A stretch of 63,696 nt of DNA, filler included, from Octopus bimaculoides (lineage: Eukaryota), in the NCBI RefSeq assembly GCF_001194135.2. It is 6 parts of 6 records of this genome, joined end to end, with 100 filler letters (N's around TTAATTAATTAA, not from the genome) between each part and the next. Parts side by side here need not be neighbours in the genome. Positions count along the whole stretch, not along the records: positions 22,271 to 48,391 come from NC_068988.1; positions 48,492 to 56,669 come from NC_068982.1; 4 more parts are not named here. One strand, given 5' to 3'. Within the stretch, counting starts at the first letter, position 1. Every line of letters begins with the position of its first letter. The notes under the pieces are model-generated. The model made no database searches. It was not told the DNA's origin and saw only the letters and a list, made by a program, of their open reading frames with translations. Position numbers and translations under genes: made by a program. Of the stretch, positions 37,756 to 51,410 are shown piece after piece.

Positions 37756-38775
37756 NNNNNNNNNNNNNNNNNNNNNNNNNNNNNNNNNNNNNNNNNNNNN
37801 NNNNNNNNNNNNNNNNNNNNNNNNNNNNNNNNNNNNNNNNNNNNNNNNNNNNNNNNNNNNNNNNNNNNNNNNNNNNNNNNNNNNNNNNNNNNNNNNNNNN
37901 NNNNNNNNNNNNNNNNNNNNNNNNNNNNNNNNNNNNNNNNNNNNNNNNNNNNNNNNNNNNNNNNNNNNNNNNNNNNNNNNNNNNNNNNNNNNNNNNNNNN
38001 NNNNNNNNNNNNNNNNNNNNNNNNNNNNNNNNNNNNNNNNNNNNNNNNNNNNNNNNNNNNNNNNNNNNNNNNNNNNNNNNNNNNNNNNNNNNNNNNNNNN
38101 NNNNNNNNNNNNNNNNNNNNNNNNNNNNNNNNNNNNNNNNNNNNNNNNNNNNNNNNNNNNNNNNNNNNNNNNNNNNNNNNNNNNNNNNNNNNNNNNNNNN
38201 NNNNNNNNNNNNNNNNNNNNNNNNNNNNNNNNNNNNNNNNNNNNNNNNNNNNNNNNNNNNNNNNNNNNNNNNNNNNNNNNNNNNNNNNNNNNNNNNNNNN
38301 NNNNNNNNNNNNNNNNNNNNNNNNNNNNNNNNNNNNNNNNNNNNNNNNNNNNNNNNNNNNNNNNNNNNNNNNNNNNNNNNNNNNNNNNNNNNNNNNNNNN
38401 NNNNNNNNNNNNNNNNNNNNNNNNNNNNNNNNNNNNNNNNNNNNNNNNNNNNNNNNNNNNNNNNNNNNNNNNNNNNNNNNNNNNNNNNNNNNNNNNNNNN
38501 NNNNNNNNNNNNNNNNNNNNNNNNNNNNNNNNNNNNNNNNNNNNNNNNNNNNNNNNNNNNNNNNNNNNNNNNNNNNNNNNNNNNNNNNNNNNNNNNNNNN
38601 NNNNNNNNNNNNNNNNNNNNNNNNNNNNNNNNNNNNNNNNNNNNNNNNNNNNNNNNNNNNNNNNNNNNNNNNNNNNNNNNNNNNNNNNNNNNNNNNNNNN
38701 NNNNNNNNNNNNNNNNNNNNNNNNNNNNNNNNNNNNNNNNAATACACACACGCACGCATATATATATGTGTGTGT

Positions 38776-38815
<40 letters not shown>

Positions 38816-39129
38816 AGGTATGTATGTATGTATGTATGTATGTATATAATAAGCTTACATGTGTTCAGCTATCGTAAAGCATTTCCAACCGAGAAATCAC
38901 TTGTTGAAACCTACCTTCATTATCTGCTGCACCGCACCAAAATAGCTTTTATCGCCCCACCACCACCACCACCACAACCACTACTTCTACCAAGTCTAAT
39001 TGCATCTTCTGTTGTAGTAAATTACACTTTCTTGCTAAACACACAATTGTATTTGTATGCTGTACTTAAGGCAATATGGTTGACTGTTTGTACACCGTGC
39101 TGGAGGAGCGGTCTAGCAACAGTGGTCCG

Positions 39130-39930
39130 GTGATTGCAACAACAACAACAAGAATAAGAACTGTGACACTGCCGCTGCCCACCACAACAACAACAACAAT
39201 CAACAACAAATATAACACGTAATTGTAATACCTCCATCACCATCAACACCACCACTACCACTAACAACAACAACAGCAGCAGCAACTGTATCACCACCAC
39301 CACCACCACCACCACNNNNNNNNNNNNNNNNNNNNNNNNNNNNNNNNNNNNNNNNNNNNNNNNNNNNNNNNNNNNNNNNNNNNNNNNNNNNNNNNNNNNN
39401 NNNNNNNNNNNNNNNNNNNNNNNNNNNNNNNNNNNNNNNNNNNNNNNNNNNNNNNNNNNNNNNNNNNNNNNNNNNNNNNNNNNNNNNNNNNNNNNNNNNN
39501 NNNNNNNNNNNNNNNNNNNNNNNNNNNNNNNNNNNNNNNNNNNNNNNNNNNNNNNNNNNNNNNNNNNNNNNNNNNNNNNNNNNNNNNNNNNNNNNNNNCC
39601 CACCTCTCACAACCATCGCCACCAACCTCATAACTACCATCAACACCACCACCACCACCACCACCACCACCACTCTCAGCTCCATCACCACCAACAGCAC
39701 CACTGCTATCATCAATACCACCACCACCGTCACCCCCACTCTCTCCCACCATGACCACCATCACTACCACCACCACCACTACCACCACCAACAACAAGCA
39801 ACAACTGTAACACCACTGCTACAATCACCACCTCCACCAACAGCAACATAAACCACTACTACAACCTCTACAACACTACCACTACAACTACCATCAGCTA
39901 TAATTCGACCACTATACCACCACAACCGCT
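39130..39930. repeat. Degenerate (CAC/CAA)n low-complexity block around a gap
   Basis: Direct inspection. Confidence 0.9.
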
Positions 39931-40237
39931 ACCAGAATCAATTACATGGCCAAAACTTCTGTTTTATTGCCACAATGTCCAGTTCTTGTTGCACTGTGGT
40001 AGCTTGCGTGCTTCGATGACCCTCAGAGCTAAGCCACTGGAGCGCAAGCTCTTAGTAAAGACTACCATGCTGAACAGGTCAAAGGATGAATGCCAGACCA
40101 ATATGGACCACTTCTCAGAGGTAAAAATCAGTTTGTGTAAGAACAACACCTCTAGAAAAAAGCAAAGTTAGAAAAGCATTGAAGACAATACAAAACTAAC
40201 AAGACATAGGAGAGGATGGCCTTTCTTGTGGGAAATA

Positions 40238-40600
40238 CGAAGCGTGATCAATAAGTATTCGGATTGTTGCCATAGTAACGAAGCTAAAGCATGCAGAGTA
40301 AAGCCGCTTGGCAAAGATTGACCTTGAACTCTGCTGCGCATGTGTTTTAACATTCTTGTTTTAACATTCTAGCTCACTTTCGCTGTTTACGGCAGCGCTT
40401 GGAAGGAAGGTGTGTAGCGTGTAATCATCGCATTGACCATGACAGAAGTTATCATGGTGATACTTGCTCAGAGGCCAACGCATAGTTGCAGAAAGTCTAT
40501 GGAGAGGAGTGTATGAGTAGTTCAGACGTTTCCAAGATGGCCGAAAAAATTTCGATAATGACGAACGTTCTGGGAGACCCTCAAACAAAACTGAACGCAC
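40238..40600 (+). mobile_element. Mariner 5' end (second family)
   Basis: TA|CGAAGCGTGATCAATAAGTATTCGGA TIR-like start. Decayed N-terminus LQKVYGEECMS..RW.KKF..DDERSGRPS. Confidence 0.8.
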
Positions 40601-40946
40601 TGTTTGCAGGGTATAATAATTCTTAATACACTCGAGTGCTACTAGTACATAAGGGTACAATTTGTTTCGCTCTTACAACTAAGATCGAGGCATATTGCAC
40701 ATTCTTAGCAATTCATTGTATGGAACTAATTGTATGCATATGAAGCAGATCCGTAGTAAAGAGAGCATGTCATTGAGTGACATCGCGAACGGCGACGAAA
40801 GAACTTTGACAAACTTAGCTCATTGATTGATTGACCGAAAGACTAATCAAACAATTGATTAATTAAATGGTTAAATAGGTAATCGATTGACATAAAAATA
40901 TAAGGAAGTGAACTAGAACCAGTGCGTGTGTGTGTGTCTCTCTCTC

Positions 40947-40983
<37 letters not shown>

Positions 40984-42315
40984 NNNNNNNNNNNNNNNNN
41001 NNNNNNNNNNNNNNNNNNNNNNNNNNNNNNNNNNNNNNNNNNNNNNNNNNNNNNNNNNNNNNNNNNNNNNNNNNNNNNNNNNNNNNNNNNNNNNNNNNNN
41101 NNNNNNNNNNNNNNNNNNNNNNNNNNNNNNNNNNNNNNNNNNNNNNNNNNNNNNNNNNNNNNNNNNNNNNNNNNNNNNNNNNNNNNNNNNNNNNNNNNNN
41201 NNNNNNNNNNNNNNNNNNNNNNNNNNNNNNNNNNNNNNNNNNNNNNNNNNNNNNNNNNNNNNNNNNNNNNNNNNNNNNNNNNNNNNNNNNNNNNNNNNNN
41301 NNNNNNNNNNNNNNNNNNNNNNNNNNNNNNNNNNNNNNNNNNNNNNNNNNNNNNNNNNNNNNNNNNNNNNNNNNNNNNNNNNNNNNNNNNNNNNNNNNNN
41401 NNNNNNNNNNNNNNNNNNNNNNNNNNNNNNNNNNNNNNNNNNNNNNNNNNNNNNNNNNNNNNNNNNNNNNNNNNNNNNNNNNNNNNNNNNNNNNNNNNNN
41501 NNNNNNNNNNNNNNNNNNNNNNNNNNNNNNNNNNNNNNNNNNNNNNNNNNNNNNNNNNNNNNNNNNNNNNNNNNNNNNNNNNNNNNNNNNNNNNNNNNNN
41601 NNNNNNNNNNNNNNNNNNNNNNNNNNNNNNNNNNNNNNNNNNNNNNNNNNNNNNNNNNNNNNNNNNNNNNNNNNNNNNNNNNNNNNNNNNNNNNNNNNNN
41701 NNNNNNNNNNNNNNNNNNNNNNNNNNNNNNNNNNNNNNNNNNNNNNNNNNNNNNNNNNNNNNNNNNNNNNNNNNNNNNNNNNNNNNNNNNNNNNNNNNNN
41801 NNNNNNNNNNNNNNNNNNNNNNNNNNNNNNNNNNNNNNNNNNNNNNNNNNNNNNNNNNNNNNNNNNNNNNNNNNNNNNNNNNNNNNNNNNNNNNNNNNNN
41901 NNNNNNNNNNNNNNNNNNNNNNNNNNNNNNNNNNNNNNNNNNNNNNNAAGGAAGTGAACTAGAACCAGTGCGTGTGTGTGTGTCTCTCTCTCTATGTATA
42001 TATATATATATATATTTGTATTATTAAGTAGTTATAAAACGTATGTAATGTATGTAAGAGGTAGTAGATTGGTAGAAACCCCTAAATATTCTAATCCCTC
42101 CCATCTCTAACGTCTTGCCATTTCCCACCACCACTTCCCACCACCCTTTCCCTTGAAAAAACATACAGTCGTGTAAGATTAAAGCAGGATTTGTTTCTAC
42201 ATGTCTGGTTGGCAGAACTGTGTAGGTCATAACACTGGGGCTGATTCCATTTTCTTAATTGCCAACTACTGTTTCTCTCTCACACACACATGCACGCATG
42301 GCATGCACACGTACA

Positions 42316-42353
<38 letters not shown>

Positions 42354-42461
42354 CCCATTCACACACAAGCGGTCATATACACGCACACACATACATGCTT
42401 ATACATATAAGCAAGCATATGTAAATCTGCGTGTCTGTGTGTGTATATATAAATGTATGTA

Positions 42462-42518
<57 letters not shown>

Positions 42519-42599
42519 ATGTATATATATGTGTGTGTGTGTGTGTATACATATATATATAATGTATGTGTGTGTATATATATATATGTATATGTATGT

Positions 42600-43032
42600 A
42601 TGTAGAAGTCATAATAAAAAGGAGTATCGATGGAATGTCCCAGTGAAAACCTCAATAAAATGTAAGCACAACAGACCTGATATAATGATTTGGGTTAGAG
42701 AAGAGAAACTATGTACAGTTGTGGAAATTAGCTGCCCAGCGGATGTTAACATAAAGCTGAAGATCAGTGAAAAAGAGAACACCTATGCTGAACTATTGAG
42801 AAATCTACAGTTACTCTATCCAGATTACAAGTTCAGGTTTATACCTGTAATTATTGGGGCCCTGAGATATGTAACACCATGCCTAAATACCAATCTTGAG
42901 AAATTAAGCTTCTCAAAATCAGAAAGGAGAAAGCTCATACGAAGACTACAGATCCAATCCATCACTGGAACTGTAAAAACTTGTAAAACTTTCCAGAAAT
43001 TTATCGTTTGAATATATATGAGCATGTCTAGA
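42600..43032 (+). mobile_element. RLE-type LINE 3' end (restriction-like endonuclease domain)
   Basis: Open frame HNRPDIMIWVREEKLCTVVEISCPAD..EKENTY..IPVIIGAL..GTVKTCKTFQKFIV* (PD..E..K type). Sister copies at 60668-60820(-) and, older, 55240-55420(+). Confidence 0.88.
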
Positions 43033-43194
43033 TATTACTGTTTGTTCCGAATTTTGTGAACATTGTGTGGAAGACATGGAAATGGAAAAAACGAAGCTAA
43101 ACCTGTCGCTAAAGGATATTTTATCTACTCCATTCCCCTAATTTCGGATCTTTATTCGCATACACAGCAACTACTTACCAAGAAAGAAAGCAAT

Positions 43195-43400
43195 TTTATG
43201 GAAGTATCGATGAGAATTCAAAACCAATAACGACGAAGCGAGGAAGTGTGTAACACGGTGCTGCAAAAGTTGAAAGCAGGCTGCCAGAAACAAGGGTCGA
43301 ACTGGAACGAAGCGAGAAAGACAATCCAGAGTCGAGGACGGTGGAGGAAAAAATCGTTGAGGACTATGCTCCACAGAGAGCAAAAAGGCCTTAAGTAAGA
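43195..43400 (+). mobile_element. RTE LINE 3' end
   Basis: KQGSNWNEARKTIQSRGRWR..VEDYAPQRAKRP* followed by a TAAGTAAG tail. Confidence 0.65.
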
Positions 43401-44115
43401 CAATTCACCGAGGTCGACCCCGAGCACTCCAAAGTTTACATGTCTTAATTATGAACTGATCTGAATCGAATAAACAATATTCACCCGCTACATATTTGTA
43501 ACGAAATATTTGTTACGAAATTTAGAAACCAGTATTGTTATTGTTGTTACTTTTAATACTGTTATAGCTATTGACGAGAGCCGTAACATAGTAATCGATT
43601 GTTGGCCTTGTTCTATTCACAGTTAAAAACCAATCACACCATTCATTTCACGCGTGCCATTAGAGTCTTTAACGAAACATGAAAATCGTAATATCATTTC
43701 CACGCACATACCTAGAGGATCAGAGAGAACCACGAAGCAAAACATTGATAATCGAACTATAAAACGTTAACATAGAAATGTAAAGAGAAGGCTTGTGAAT
43801 TACAACCAAATACCACGCTAACATTCCAACAGCCAGCACCAGGTAAGGACAATCAGAACAACTAACCTACATAGATAAAAAAAAATCTTTTATAATTCTG
43901 AAAGCTGTATATGTACTAACAACAACTTCACCCCAATCTAGATGCAGCTGAACTTTGTCAGGGAACAAGTTACAATTGGTGCAACGAAAGTTTTGATACC
44001 AAATAAATGTTGAAGAGAAGTTAACAGTCTTTGAGGACTATGGTGGTGGTGGTGATGGTTGTGGTGGTAGTGGTGTTGGTGATGGTGATGAGTGGAAGAG
44101 GGATGAAATCTCGCA

Positions 44116-44162
<47 letters not shown>

Positions 44163-46288
44163 CATATTTAATTTTCTTTTATTTGTTTCAGTCATTTATA
44201 TACATACATACATACATACATACATACATACATNNNNNNNNNNNNNNNNNNNNNNNNNNNNNNNNNNNNNNNNNNNNNNNNNNNNNNNNNNNNNNNNNNN
44301 NNNNNNNNNNNNNNNNNNNNNNNNNNNNNNNNNNNNNNNNNNNNNNNNNNNNNNNNNNNNNNNNNNNNNNNNNNNNNNNNNNNNNNNNNNNNNNNNNNNN
44401 NNNNNNNNNNNNNNNNNNNNNNNNNNNNNNNNNNNNNNNNNNNNNNNNNNNNNNNNNNNNNNNNNNNNNNNNNNNNNNNNNNNNNNNNNNNNNNNNNNNN
44501 NNNNNNNNNNNNNNNNNNNNNNNNNNNNNNNNNNNNNNNNNNNNNNNNNNNNNNNNNNNNNNNNNNNNNNNNNNNNNNNNNNNNNNNNNNNAAAAATAAA
44601 AATAAGAAATAAGTGGAAATTTTACCGGTGAGTGTGTTAAATTATAAGGCACAATAAGAAAATGACTCTCCCCAGACACAACAGAATATGCTTCAACACA
44701 CGAACTCACATAAAGAATCATGCAAGCCAAATCCCAAAACGAAATATATAGGTTATGTTTAAAATTAAAGTTTAGATAGGAGACTTAAAATGTAGTACTC
44801 AAACCTTGTTTTGGGCATGTCCCTTGTAGTGTGCCTTGAGAGCACGTTCACCACATACGGTTGCCAGGCGTCATCCACGGTACTGCACTTTAGTCGCAGA
44901 ATCTTCGTAAGAAATTCCTTGGTGCACGTTTAGTATATTTTAAGTAATAGATAAGGAAGACAGAGTGCAATGTAAGCTTTATTTAGATAAATAGATAGAT
45001 AGATAGATAGATAGATATAGATATATTGTCGTTAGTACGCTGGACAGAATGTTTAGTGGCATTTTTTCCGACTTTACGTTGTGAGTTCAGATTCCGCCGA
45101 AGTCGACTTTGCCTTTCACAAAATTTTAGGTATATTAGAAAAGATATATGTACATACATACATACATATATATGACTGAATGCAGCGTCTCCAATTTGTA
45201 AGTAGTTTTCGTAACTTCATATTTTCCGACACTACTCTATCTCTTTCTCTTTCTCTTCCTCTATCATTTCCCCCCTCTCGTTCTTCCTCTTTACTACTAC
45301 GTATCTCGCTTTACCCCTCTCGTTCTTCCTCTGTTACTACTACGTATCTCTTTTTCCCCCCTCGTACTTCCTCTCTTTCTCTTTTCCTCTCGTTGCTCAC
45401 CTATTCTTCTACTTCCTCCCTTTGTTTCACCCTCTACCACTCTCTCTCTTCCCCTTACACCGGCATGGTTACATGCTTCCGGTCAATAATCCTTTTCTTC
45501 CTTGGCTATCGCCGAGCAAACACGCNNNNNNNNNNNNNNNNNNNNNNNNNNNNNNNNNNNNNNNNNNNNNNNNNNNNNNNNNNNNNNNNNNNNNNNNNNN
45601 NNNNNNNNNNNNNNNNNNNNNNNNNNNNNNNNNNNNNNNNNNNNNNNNNNNNNNNNNNNNNNNNNNNNNNNNNNNNNNNNNNNNNNNNNNNNNNNNNNNN
45701 NNNNNNNNNNNNNNNNNNNNNNNNNNNNNNNNNNNNNNNNNNNNNNNNNNNNNNNNNNNNNNNNNNNNNNNNNNNNNNNNNNNNNNNNNNNNNNNNNNNN
45801 NNNNNNNNNNNNNNNNNNNNNNNNNNNNNNNNNNNNNNNNNNNNNNNNNNNNNNNNNNNNNNNNNNNNNNNNNNNNNNNNNNNNNNNNNNNNNNNNNNNN
45901 NNNNNNNNNNNNNNNNNNNNNNNNNNNNNNNNNNNNNNNNNNNNNNNNNNNNNNNNNNNNNNNNNNNNNNNNNNNNNNNNNNNNNNNNNNNNNNNNNNNN
46001 NNNNNNNNNNNNNNNNNNNNNNNNNNNNNNNNNNNNNNNNNNNNNNNNNNNNNNNNNNNNNNNNNNNNNNNNNNNNNNNNNNNNNNNNNNNNNNNNNNNN
46101 NNNNNNNNNNNNNNNNNNNNNNNNNNNNNNNNNNNATATATGTATGTATGAATGTATATATATGTATATATATATATATATGTATATATATGTATATATT
46201 GTGCGCACGCGCGTGTGAGTGTGTGTGCGGTTTGTTTAGATAACGTAATCGTTTGACTCGGGAATTAGTAATTTAAAAGGGACAACCC

Positions 46289-46320
<32 letters not shown>

Positions 46321-46710
46321 ATAGATTAAATTCAACTTTGCTGGAAACCTTAAACATAGCACTGCAGAATTAGATTTCAAACAACAGCAAAAATCGCAAA
46401 TAAGATATATTTCTAAAAGGCATAGCTGAGCCCGGTGTCATGTGAATCCAGAACGTAACTTGCCGGAAGACATGCCAGTAAGCATTTTGTCCGTCATGTT
46501 GACGATTCTTCCAGTTCTCTGTCTTCGATAATGGTAATCATAATTCTTTCTTATTTTGGCACAAGGCTTGCAATTTTGATCCTGGTACTTGACTTATTTC
46601 TATCGATTCCGAAAGGATGAAAGTCAAAGTCTCAACTTCAGAGACATTTGAACTCAGAACGTAGAGAACAGAAAGAGACTGTCAATTTCTGAAGTAGGTA
46701 CAAAGCCAGA

Positions 46711-46743
<33 letters not shown>

Positions 46744-46744
46744 T

Positions 46745-47300
46745 TATGTTTGACTTTTGTTTTGCATTTGTACAAGTTGGATCCAAGTCTCACCCAGAGA
46801 CCTCAAGAGACAACAAGTTAGAAGTTCATGTAAGTGTTATGCCTAGGGTACCATATATTTGGATTTGTACATAGTGTTGTTCTAGAGAATGTTTAAGAAA
46901 CCATAATAAAATTATGTGTTTGTTTTAANNNNNNNNNNNNNNNNNNNNNNNNNNNNNNNNNNNNNNNNNNNNNNNNNNNNNNNNNNNNNNNNNNNNNNNN
47001 NNNNNNNNNNNNNNNNNNNNNNNNNNNNNNNNNNNNNNNNNNNNNNNNNNNNNNNNNNNNNNNNNNNNNNNNNNNNNNNNNNNNNNNNNNNNNNNNNNNN
47101 NNNNNNNNNNNNNNNNNNNNNNNNNNNNNNNNNNNNNNNNNNNNNNNNNNNNNNNNNNNNNNNNNNNNNNNNNNNNNNNNTCTGGCCTATTTGCATTTAT
47201 CTTTCTGTCAGTTTGAATGGTGAAGTTCCAGAGGAGTGCGATGTGATCATTTTCAAGTACTGGGGTGGTTTGTGTTCCCACCAGTTTTTATCATAGGGCA
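46745..47300 (-). mobile_element. R4/Dong-like LINE, 5'-truncated, spanning an N gap
   Basis: WWEHKPP..LENDHIALLWNFTIQTDRKINANRP, then a 3' UTR matching 62000-62183 and a (TAA)n tail. Confidence 0.85.
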
Positions 47301-47301
47301 A

Positions 47302-47356
<55 letters not shown>

Positions 47357-47358
<2 letters not shown>

Positions 47359-47515
47359 TTATGTTTGACTTTTGCTTTGCATTTGTACAAGTTGGATCCA
47401 AGTCTCACCCAGAGACCTCAAGAGACAACAAGTTAGAAGTTCATGTAGGTGTTATGCCTACGGTACCATATAGTCGGATTTGTACAGTTTTGTTCTAGTG
47501 AATGTTTAAGAATTA
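47357..47515 (-). mobile_element. R4/Dong-like 3' UTR-only copy
   Basis: Near-identical to 46745-46900; (TAA)n on both sides. Confidence 0.85.
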
Positions 47516-48333
47516 TTATTATTGTTGTTTTTGTTGTTGTTGTTGTTGTTGTTGTTATTATTATTATTATTATTATTGTTGTTGTTATTATTATTATTAT
47601 TTGAACGAGGCTTCAGTCCATTAAAATAACCCCGAAGGAACGAAATGTTAAATCGACTTTGGTGAGATTTGAACGCAGAAGGTAAAGGACCGCAAGTGAA
47701 TAAGGTAAAATTACCTTATGTCAGACACCCTGATGGTTCGATAAAATAAAATATGAAAACATAAAACAAAATAGAAAAAGTAAATTAAAAGGGAAAAATA
47801 TACATAAAAAGAAACAAATAAGAACAAATATAGATAAAAATAAATACATAAATATAAAATGAACGGCGACTATAACGACGAATGGCTAAAGTCAACCAAT
47901 GAAATCGTTTATGTTTACAATCACTCTCTGTCTCTTACTGTGTTATTTGTTCAGTAGGAAGCGAACGATATAGTTTATTTAGTAAAAGTAAGTAAGTGGC
48001 TGTTAGTGACACTTGGACTCTATGTATGTATTTGTGTGTACACTTGTTACCAGACTAGAGATTGTTGTCATTCATTTCCAGCTAGGAGAGTTGTGCAGAG
48101 CTGTTACTCCGAGTTACTGGTGAACTGTTGGTGACAGAGGACATATTTAAACGAGTTGAAAGGTGAAGTTTGCTTTTATGATATTATTACAGGTAGATAT
48201 ATTTGTGAGCCTTTACCTCTCGTTCCCGGTCTGTCGGTCTGTCTCTTTGTCTGTCTGTCTGTCTGTCTGTCTCTGTCTGTCTACCTGTCTTTCTCTCGCT
48301 ATATATATGTAGTGGATCTTGCTCGTTACATAT

Positions 48334-48391
<58 letters not shown>

Positions 48392-48527
48392 NNNNNNNNN
48401 NNNNNNNNNNNNNNNNNNNNNNNNNNNNNNNNNNNTTAATTAATTAANNNNNNNNNNNNNNNNNNNNNNNNNNNNNNNNNNNNNNNNNNNNTATGCATAT
48501 TTCTATGTTTATATAACTCTGTCTATT

Positions 48528-48602
<75 letters not shown>

Positions 48603-50932
48603 AGTTGATATCTATCTATCTACACATATATAACACACACAATTGCACACACATATATGATTATTAAAAAGATTTACTGCGACACAAACATACACTCATA
48701 TAAACAGACATCAATCTCTCCCCACCTCTCTCTCTCGTTCGTTCTCTGATTCACGCGTATACGCATTCACCAAATGTCATAATCACACATAAACACATTT
48801 CTACATTTATTGATATTTACAAACACAAATTTCATCACATATACACACATACATTTCCATACATTCACACACCCATTTACACACATTACTATCACGAATG
48901 TCATTCCAATCCTTTCACGATGCTCTCTCAGAATAATCTACTGACAAATATGTGGTGTATATAATATGTGTCTAGAATGCACACATTATATTTTATTATT
49001 TCTCTTTTATTTTATGCAGCGTTCGGAAACCTGGTAGGATAAAAACAAAAGCTGCGGGTTGCTGCTATTTTGGAAGTTATCCCTCGGTTCATGGCTGACG
49101 TTTGTGTCAGTGAGTTCATTGCGAAAAAAAAAAAAAAAAGAAAAAGAAAAAAACCCCGAAAAGCAAACAAACAGCAACAATAAAATCAACAAATACAAAA
49201 ACAAACAAAAAGAAAAAAACCAAAAAGGAAAAAAACTTTTTTTCTAAAAAAATATCCCTAGAGAAAAACCACAATGAAAAATAAACCTCTCCTCTTTTAC
49301 ATGTTATTGCAACTGTTGATGGGATGCAATGATAAAAGAGCCGACATATATGTCTGTGCNNNNNNNNNNNNNNNNNNNNNNNNNNNNNNNNNNNNNNNNN
49401 NNNNNNNNNNNNNNNNNNNNNNNNNNNNNNNNNNNNNNNNNNNNNNNNNNNNNNNNNNNNNNNNNNNNNNNNNNNNNNNNNNNNNNNNNNNNNNNNNNNN
49501 NNNNNNNNNNNNNNNNNNNNNNNNNNNNNNNNNNNNNNNNNNNNNNNNNNNNNNNNNNNNNNNNNNNNNNNNNNNNNNNNNNNNNNNNNNNNNNNNNNNN
49601 NNNNNNNNNNNNNNNNNNNNNNNNNNNNNNNNNNNNNNNNNNNNNNNNNNNNNNNNNNNNNNNNNNNNNNNNNNNNNNNNNNNNNNNNNNNNNNNNNNNN
49701 NNNNNNNNNNNNNNNNNNNNNNNNNNNNNNNNNNNNNNNNNNNNTGTATGTATGTATATATGTATGTGTATGTATATATATATATGTGTATACACACACA
49801 CACACACACACATATATATATTCGTGTCACTCCCTCCCTATTTCATGTCTGCCTTTTCTTACTTGAAATTCCACCTTTCCCGCTTTCTTTCTAGCGTTAG
49901 GAGTGAAGCATAATTTATCGTAATAAATAATACACACACATTTATGTATGTATGTATGTATGTATGTATGTATGTATGTATGTATGTATGTATGTATGTA
50001 TATATGTATGTATGTATGTACGTACGTAGGTATGCATGTACATATAGCCATCAAGCCGAATACTTTGACTGTATATTTATTACACATTCAACAAACTGGA
50101 GGGTAAAAAGTTGTTGGCGGTTAGAAAAATGTCATAAATGACGGGGAGACAACTGTGTAGTATACGCTAGGCAACAGATATAATTCTCCAAATATCCACG
50201 CCATTCTATTTGTCGGATTCACGCTTGCAGATTTATTAAAATCATAGTTTAGTTATTGGTAGTAATGACAAACATGTTTTGCGCGCGCGCCCACACACAC
50301 ACGCATGCACACATGAACACACACACACACACACATACGAGCACTCCCACACACATATACCACGGAAAACAAAATATTTATTTAGAGATCGAAGTTCTTC
50401 CCTTGTTGCAGTTTCATGTTAAAGCACGTAAAAGTGTTTTAAGCGCCCCCTCTTATTCCAAAAGTACCTTTGACGTCTTTTGAAATATTTCATACAAACA
50501 AAATTGATGAAGATCAATATTAGATGCGTGAGGGCGTGGTAAATTTACAGAAATGGACAAAATGACTCTCAGCATGTGTTAACGCCCCTTTGGGTTCTTA
50601 GTTCAAAATCCCGTTGGTGTCAACCGAGCTCGTTTCTGTCCCCATCGACCCAAGGTCGTTGAGTTTGGTACCAGTTATTTAGGGGAATCGCTTTTGTCGA
50701 TCATGTTTTCGCCTTATGATTTGTGATATACACACACGTGCACGCGCATACACACACACATACACGCACGCATATATATCTATATATAGACTGGCAGTGT
50801 CGGAGTTATAAACACATATATGCATACAGCCGCACCCATATATATATATACATGTATGTATGTATGTATTATGTATATATCATTATTGTCATAATATATT
50901 GTATGTTTCTAGATACAGCAATATACATATAC

Positions 50933-50969
<37 letters not shown>

Positions 50970-51372
50970 NNNNNNNNNNNNNNNNNNNNNNNNNNNNNNN
51001 NNNNNNNNNNNNNNNNNNNNNNNNNNNNNNNNNNNNNNNNNNNNNNNNNNNNNNNNNACCATAATAAACACATTTTTACCGAATGCAAGGAAATGTAACT
51101 CTCAAATCTAGCCCCTTAAAAACAGACTAAACTATAGATCATGATTTCGTAGTTATTACAGTAATATGCAGCTTCTACTCATCAGTATAGTATGGTTAAG
51201 ACACATAAAAATAAACAAAAAAAATCAATATACCAGACGAACACCTCATGTATTCAGCATAGTACATATAGGGATAAACAATATTCTATCGTATTAAATG
51301 AATATGAGAAAGACAGGACATAAAGTACGATTTATTCGTGATCAGAGTCGTTCGAAAACCGAGGTTCTACTA

Positions 51373-51407
<35 letters not shown>

Positions 51408-51410
<3 letters not shown>

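Noticed and set aside
40904-42015. Same roughly 70-bp sequence on both sides of a 965-N gap
   Set aside because: Most likely an assembly overlap at a (TA)n tract, not a TSD or LTR pair.
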